From the NCBI GenBank assembly GCA_051002015.1, contig JBPCMS010000019.1, forward strand, positions 4,422-68,421: a DNA stretch of 64,000 nt. The letters run 5' to 3'. A program made the position numbers and the translations under genes. Positions 61,132-64,000 of the stretch are shown here, piece after piece. Position 1 is the first letter of the stretch; each line of letters starts with the position of its first letter. The stretch comes from Acidimicrobiia bacterium (lineage in GTDB: Bacteria > Actinomycetota > Acidimicrobiia > Spongiisociales > UBA5794). Under the pieces are notes generated by a model, which did no database searches, was not told the origin of the DNA, and saw only the letters and a program-made list of their open reading frames with translations.

Positions 61132-62262
61132 TTGACCGTTCAGCAGATCATCGGGGACCTGACCCAGCGGGGGCGCCAGCGGGGCTTCCTGGTCGTCACC
61201 GAGATCCACCAGGAGTTGGAGGCGAGCGAGGCGCCAGCCGAGGCCATCGACGAGGTGCTGGTCGCCCTGACCCGGCTTCGGATTGAGATCCGGGAGGACT
61301 CCAACGACGCCCTCGCCGCCACCGACCTGCCCAACGACGACATGGTCCTGATCTCGGACCCGGTGCGGATGTACCTGCAGCAGATCGGCCGCTACCCGCT
61401 GCTCACCTCGCAGCAGGAGGTCGAGCTGGCCATGCAGATGGAGGCCGGGGTCCGGGCCGACGGGAAGCTCGCCGCCGCAACCGATCTCGGCGTCGACGAG
61501 CGGGTGCTCCTCGAGCGGGCGGTGCGCCAGGCGGACAAGGCCCGCAAGCGGCTGGTCGAGGCCAACCTGCGGCTGGTGGTGTCGATCGCCAAGCGGTACG
61601 TCGGCAAGGGGCTCTCGTTGCTCGACCTGATCCAGGAGGGCAACCTGGGGTTGATCCGGGCGGTGGAGAAGTTCGACTACCGCAAGGGGTTCAAGTTCTC
61701 CACCTACGCCACCTGGTGGATACGCCAGGCGGTGACCAGGGCGCTGGCCGATCAGGCCAGGACCATCCGGGTGCCGGTCCACATGATCGAGACCATCAAC
61801 AAGCTCGCCCAGACCCAGCGGGCACTGATGCAGGAGCTGGGTCGGGAACCGACCATCCAGGAGGTCGCCAACGAGATGGAGATGGCGCCGGACCGGATCA
61901 CCGAGCTGCGGCGCATCGCCCTCGACCCGGTGTCGCTGGAGACCAGGATCGGGGAGAGCGACGACTCGACCCTGGCCGACTTCGTCAAGGACAACGACGC
62001 CAACGTCCCCGTCGAGGCGGCCTCGTTCCGGCTGCTCCAGGAGTACCTGGGGCTGGCCCTGGAGGGGCTGTCCGAGCGGGAGCGCCAGGTGCTGATCATG
62101 CGCTACGGGCTGGCGGACGGCAAGGTGCGCACCCTGGAGGAGGTGGGCGCCTTCTTCAACGTCACCAGGGAGCGGGTGCGTCAGATCGAGACCAAGGCGC
62201 TGGCCAAGCTACGCCAACCGGCGCGATCGAGACGACTTCAGGGCTACCTCGAGGGGGCCTGA
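61132..62262 (+). CDS. rpoD: primary RNA polymerase sigma factor (RpoD/SigA)
   Basis: 376 aa with regions 1.2-4.2 ([47 protein letters not shown]). Confidence 0.95.
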   Translation: MTVQQIIGDLTQRGRQRGFLVVTEIHQELEASEAPAEAIDEVLVALTRLRIEIREDSNDALAATDLPNDDMVLISDPVRMYLQQIGRYPLLTSQQEVELAMQMEAGVRADGKLAAATDLGVDERVLLERAVRQADKARKRLVEANLRLVVSIAKRYVGKGLSLLDLIQEGNLGLIRAVEKFDYRKGFKFSTYATWWIRQAVTRALADQARTIRVPVHMIETINKLAQTQRALMQELGREPTIQEVANEMEMAPDRITELRRIALDPVSLETRIGESDDSTLADFVKDNDANVPVEAASFRLLQEYLGLALEGLSERERQVLIMRYGLADGKVRTLEEVGAFFNVTRERVRQIETKALAKLRQPARSRRLQGYLEGA

Positions 62263-62265
62263 CCG

Positions 62266-62523
62266 TCAGCCGCCGTTGGTGCGCTGCTCGATGGTGTCGC
62301 TGGCGGAGCGGAGCCCGTTGCCGATCATCCCGCGCATCTGGTCGACCGGTGCGGTGGCGAGGCCGACCGCCTTGTCGATCATGGTGCCGACCCGCTTGTC
62401 GCGGCGCACCCTGGTCCACAGGTCCATGATCTGCAGGTAGCGCTCCCGGCCGGCCCGGGTCCCGAGGACGTAGCCCACACCCAGCCCGACCGCCGCTCCC
62501 GTCTTGAATCCGAAGATGGTCAT
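62266..62523 (-). CDS. YtxH-like small membrane-anchored protein
   Basis: Internal ATG MTIFGFKTGAAVGLGVGYVLGTRAGRERY. A Gly-rich hydrophobic N-terminus followed by a helical tail, as in actinobacterial YtxH-domain proteins. Confidence 0.55.
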   Translation of the reverse strand: MTIFGFKTGAAVGLGVGYVLGTRAGRERYLQIMDLWTRVRRDKRVGTMIDKAVGLATAPVDQMRGMIGNGLRSASDTIEQRTNGG

Positions 62524-62577
62524 GGCGTCATTGTGCCACACCGCCGGGGTGAGGGGCCGTTCGGGCGCCTACGGTGG

Positions 62578-62607
62578 TTTACAAAGTACGCAAGCGGTTG
62601 GTATAGT
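62578..62607 (+). promoter_or_regulatory. near-consensus sigma-70-type promoter (TTTACA-N18-TGgTATAGT)
   Basis: -35 tttaca (62578-83), 18-nt spacer, extended -10 tgg-tatagt (62599-62607). SD aaagga and the ATG at 62637 lie downstream. Confidence 0.5.
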
Positions 62608-62636
62608 GAGCGTCCACCGAAGAAAGGATCAGACAC

Positions 62637-62900
62637 ATGGCTACCAAGACCGATGTCTGGGCCACCTCCCAGGCCCAGCTGACGGACCTGTACCGTCGTT
62701 CCCAGGATGCCCTCGTCGAGGGTGTCGAGGCGTGGGCCAAGGCGGTGCGCCAGCTCGCCGACGCCACCGCCCACCCGAAGGACCCGACCGAGATCGGGGC
62801 CACCATCGACCGGGCCTACGCCAACGCCGTCACCGCCCTGGACGAGCAGCGCCAGTTCGTGAAGCGGCTCATCGCCGCCGCCACGCCCGACGCTTCCTGA
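62637..62900 (+). CDS. 87-aa all-helical hypothetical protein
   Basis: ATG with an SD. Followed 14 nt later by the HTH regulator gene. No family recognised. Confidence 0.55.
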   Translation: MATKTDVWATSQAQLTDLYRRSQDALVEGVEAWAKAVRQLADATAHPKDPTEIGATIDRAYANAVTALDEQRQFVKRLIAAATPDAS

Positions 62901-62914
62901 GCAGGGGAGACGGC

Positions 62915-63277
62915 ATGGCCCAGAGCCGTGCATGGCAGATGCAGCGAGAAGCGCTGGGGGCGATGATCCGTGCCCAGCGCGAGCTCGCTGATCTGTCGCT
63001 GCGCCAACTGGCGGATACCGCCGAGGTGTCGAACGCCTACCTCAGCCAGATCGAGCGCGGGCTCCACGAACCGTCGATGCGGGTGCTGCACTCCATCGCC
63101 GACGCCCTCGGGATGTCGATGGACTCGCTGCTCCGCCAGGCCGGCATGATGGACCCGGGTGCGGCGCCACCGGGGGTGGAGGCGGCGATCCAGGCCGACC
63201 CGGACCTGGCCGAAGGCCAGAAGGACGCCCTGATCGCCGTCTACCGGAGCTATCTCGCCGACGCCCGTCGCCGCTGA
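62915..63277 (+). CDS. XRE-family HTH regulator, ClgR-like
   Basis: Internal ATG MAQSRAWQMQ. HTH segment LSLRQLADTAEVSNAYLSQIERGLHEPS and tail AIQADPDLAEGQKDALIAVY resemble actinobacterial ClgR-type regulators (from memory). Confidence 0.65.
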   Translation: MAQSRAWQMQREALGAMIRAQRELADLSLRQLADTAEVSNAYLSQIERGLHEPSMRVLHSIADALGMSMDSLLRQAGMMDPGAAPPGVEAAIQADPDLAEGQKDALIAVYRSYLADARRR

Positions 63278-63305
63278 CCGGCGGCGGCCGGCGTGGTCGA
63301 CGCAG

Positions 63306-63538
63306 CCAACCTTAGGTTGCTGGGTGTCGCCACGACACGCAATCCGCTGAAGTTGAACCTTAGGTTGCAGGGTGTCACCACGACACGCAATCCGCTGATG
63401 TTGGGGCAAGCCGCCGAACCTTAGGTTCTGCGTACCCCTGGCGAGTACCAATCCGCTGAAGTTCGGAGGGCGGGCGGCGTTCGTGTTGAACCTTAGGTTG
63501 CTGCGTGTCGCCACGACACGTAATCCGCTGATGTTCGG
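63306..63538 (-). repeat. four copies of the subfamily-B REP-like element, in inverted orientation relative to 55408-55608
   Basis: C1 spans about 63306-63355, C2 about 63355-63404, C3 about 63414-63466 and C4 about 63487-63538. The reverse complement of C3 is near-identical to B1. Confidence 0.85.
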
Positions 63539-63570
63539 CGAATCCGCCCGGTGACCGTCGACCCCGGTGT

Positions 63571-64000
63571 CTAGCCGAGGACGTACCCGCCCGGGGCGTC
63601 GGCGATGGCGGGGAACCGCTCCGACCCCATCGGGGGTGGCGGCTGCAACCGCCCGGCCCGCTCCCCGATCCATTCCGACCACGCCTCCCACCAGGACCCG
63701 TCGAACCGAGTGGCCCCCTCCAGCCATTCGTCCGGATCGGGCGGGTTGACGTCGTTGGCCCGGTACCGGGCCTTGGGGTTGGGAGGGTTCACCACCCCTG
63801 CCACGTGACCAGCCGAGCTGAGCACGTAGCGGACCTTCGACCTGGGCATGAGCTGGGTGATCCGGTAAGCCGCCCGCCATGGGGCAATGTGGTCGTTCTC
63901 GGCCCCGACGACGAAGACGTCGTGCACGGCCTTGCTCAGGTCGATCCTGCGCCCCCCGAACACCATGGTTCCCCGCGCCAGCCGGTTCTCGACGTAGCAG
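63571..64000 (-). CDS. phaC: class I poly(R)-hydroxyalkanoate synthase, C-terminal part (5' end outside window)
   Basis: ENDHIAPW, SAGHVAGVVNPP and GSWWEAWSEW are typical PhaC C-terminal motifs. The frame stays open to the window edge. Confidence 0.75.
   Translation of the reverse strand, partial: CYVENRLARGTMVFGGRRIDLSKAVHDVFVVGAENDHIAPWRAAYRITQLMPRSKVRYVLSSAGHVAGVVNPPNPKARYRANDVNPPDPDEWLEGATRFDGSWWEAWSEWIGERAGRLQPPPPMGSERFPAIADAPGGYVLG

Noticed and set aside
62637-63277. 87-aa ORF + XRE-HTH as a HigB/HigA-like toxin-antitoxin pair
   Set aside because: The upstream protein is predicted all-helical and mildly acidic, unlike RelE/HigB-fold toxins. The HTH protein resembles ClgR-type regulators with a conserved C-terminal tail.
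63296-63545. Repeat arrays at 55.4 kb and 63.3 kb as a CRISPR array
   Set aside because: Spacers between units are 0-25 nt and partly absent. The repeats are about 50 nt, imperfect and self-complementary. There are no cas genes and no leader. The pattern fits REP/BIME-like elements better.

Overview
Very GC-rich, gene-dense stretch of an actinobacterial-type chromosome. The gene order matches the conserved actinobacterial core: rne-rplU-rpmA-obg-proB, nadD-rsfS, leuS-comEA-comEC-holA, rpsT/lepA-hemW-hrcA-dnaJ-phoH-pgpH-ybeY-corC-era-recO-uppS-glyS and dnaG-rpoD. A full mreBCD-pbp2-rodA rod-shape cluster is also present. I call about 58 protein genes and one tRNA-Ala(GGC). I see no rRNA, CRISPR array, IS element, prophage or recognisable defence genes. 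The left end is a glycerol/dihydroxyacetone cluster (glpF tail, dhaK, dhaL, glpK, and a DhaM-HPr-EnzymeI triple fusion), followed by plsB on the opposite strand. Most long ORFs antisense to these genes are GC-rich shadow frames. I did not find a convincing multi-gene novel system. The features that ordinary annotation does not explain are: (1) a family of about 52-nt hairpin-forming REP-like repeats in three intergenic clusters (9 copies); two of these clusters are in inverted orientation and bracket the recO-to-clgR core segment; (2) an acidic tandem-repeat protein gene (DFARG motif, 7 units) with atypical codon usage; (3) accessory insertions into conserved operons: a signal-less BtuF-like protein between proB and proA, a MoxR-VWA-M23 module between proA and nadD, and a coupled HExxH-CPBP pair between leuS and comEA; (4) an rsfS gene with no canonical start codon; (5) a strongly SD-led 30-codon sORF divergent from an Lrp regulator and upstream of dnaG; (6) two gene remnants or orphan coding frames. 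Gene coordinates come from ORF-track arithmetic. Small features were read by eye and may be off by 1-3 nt.
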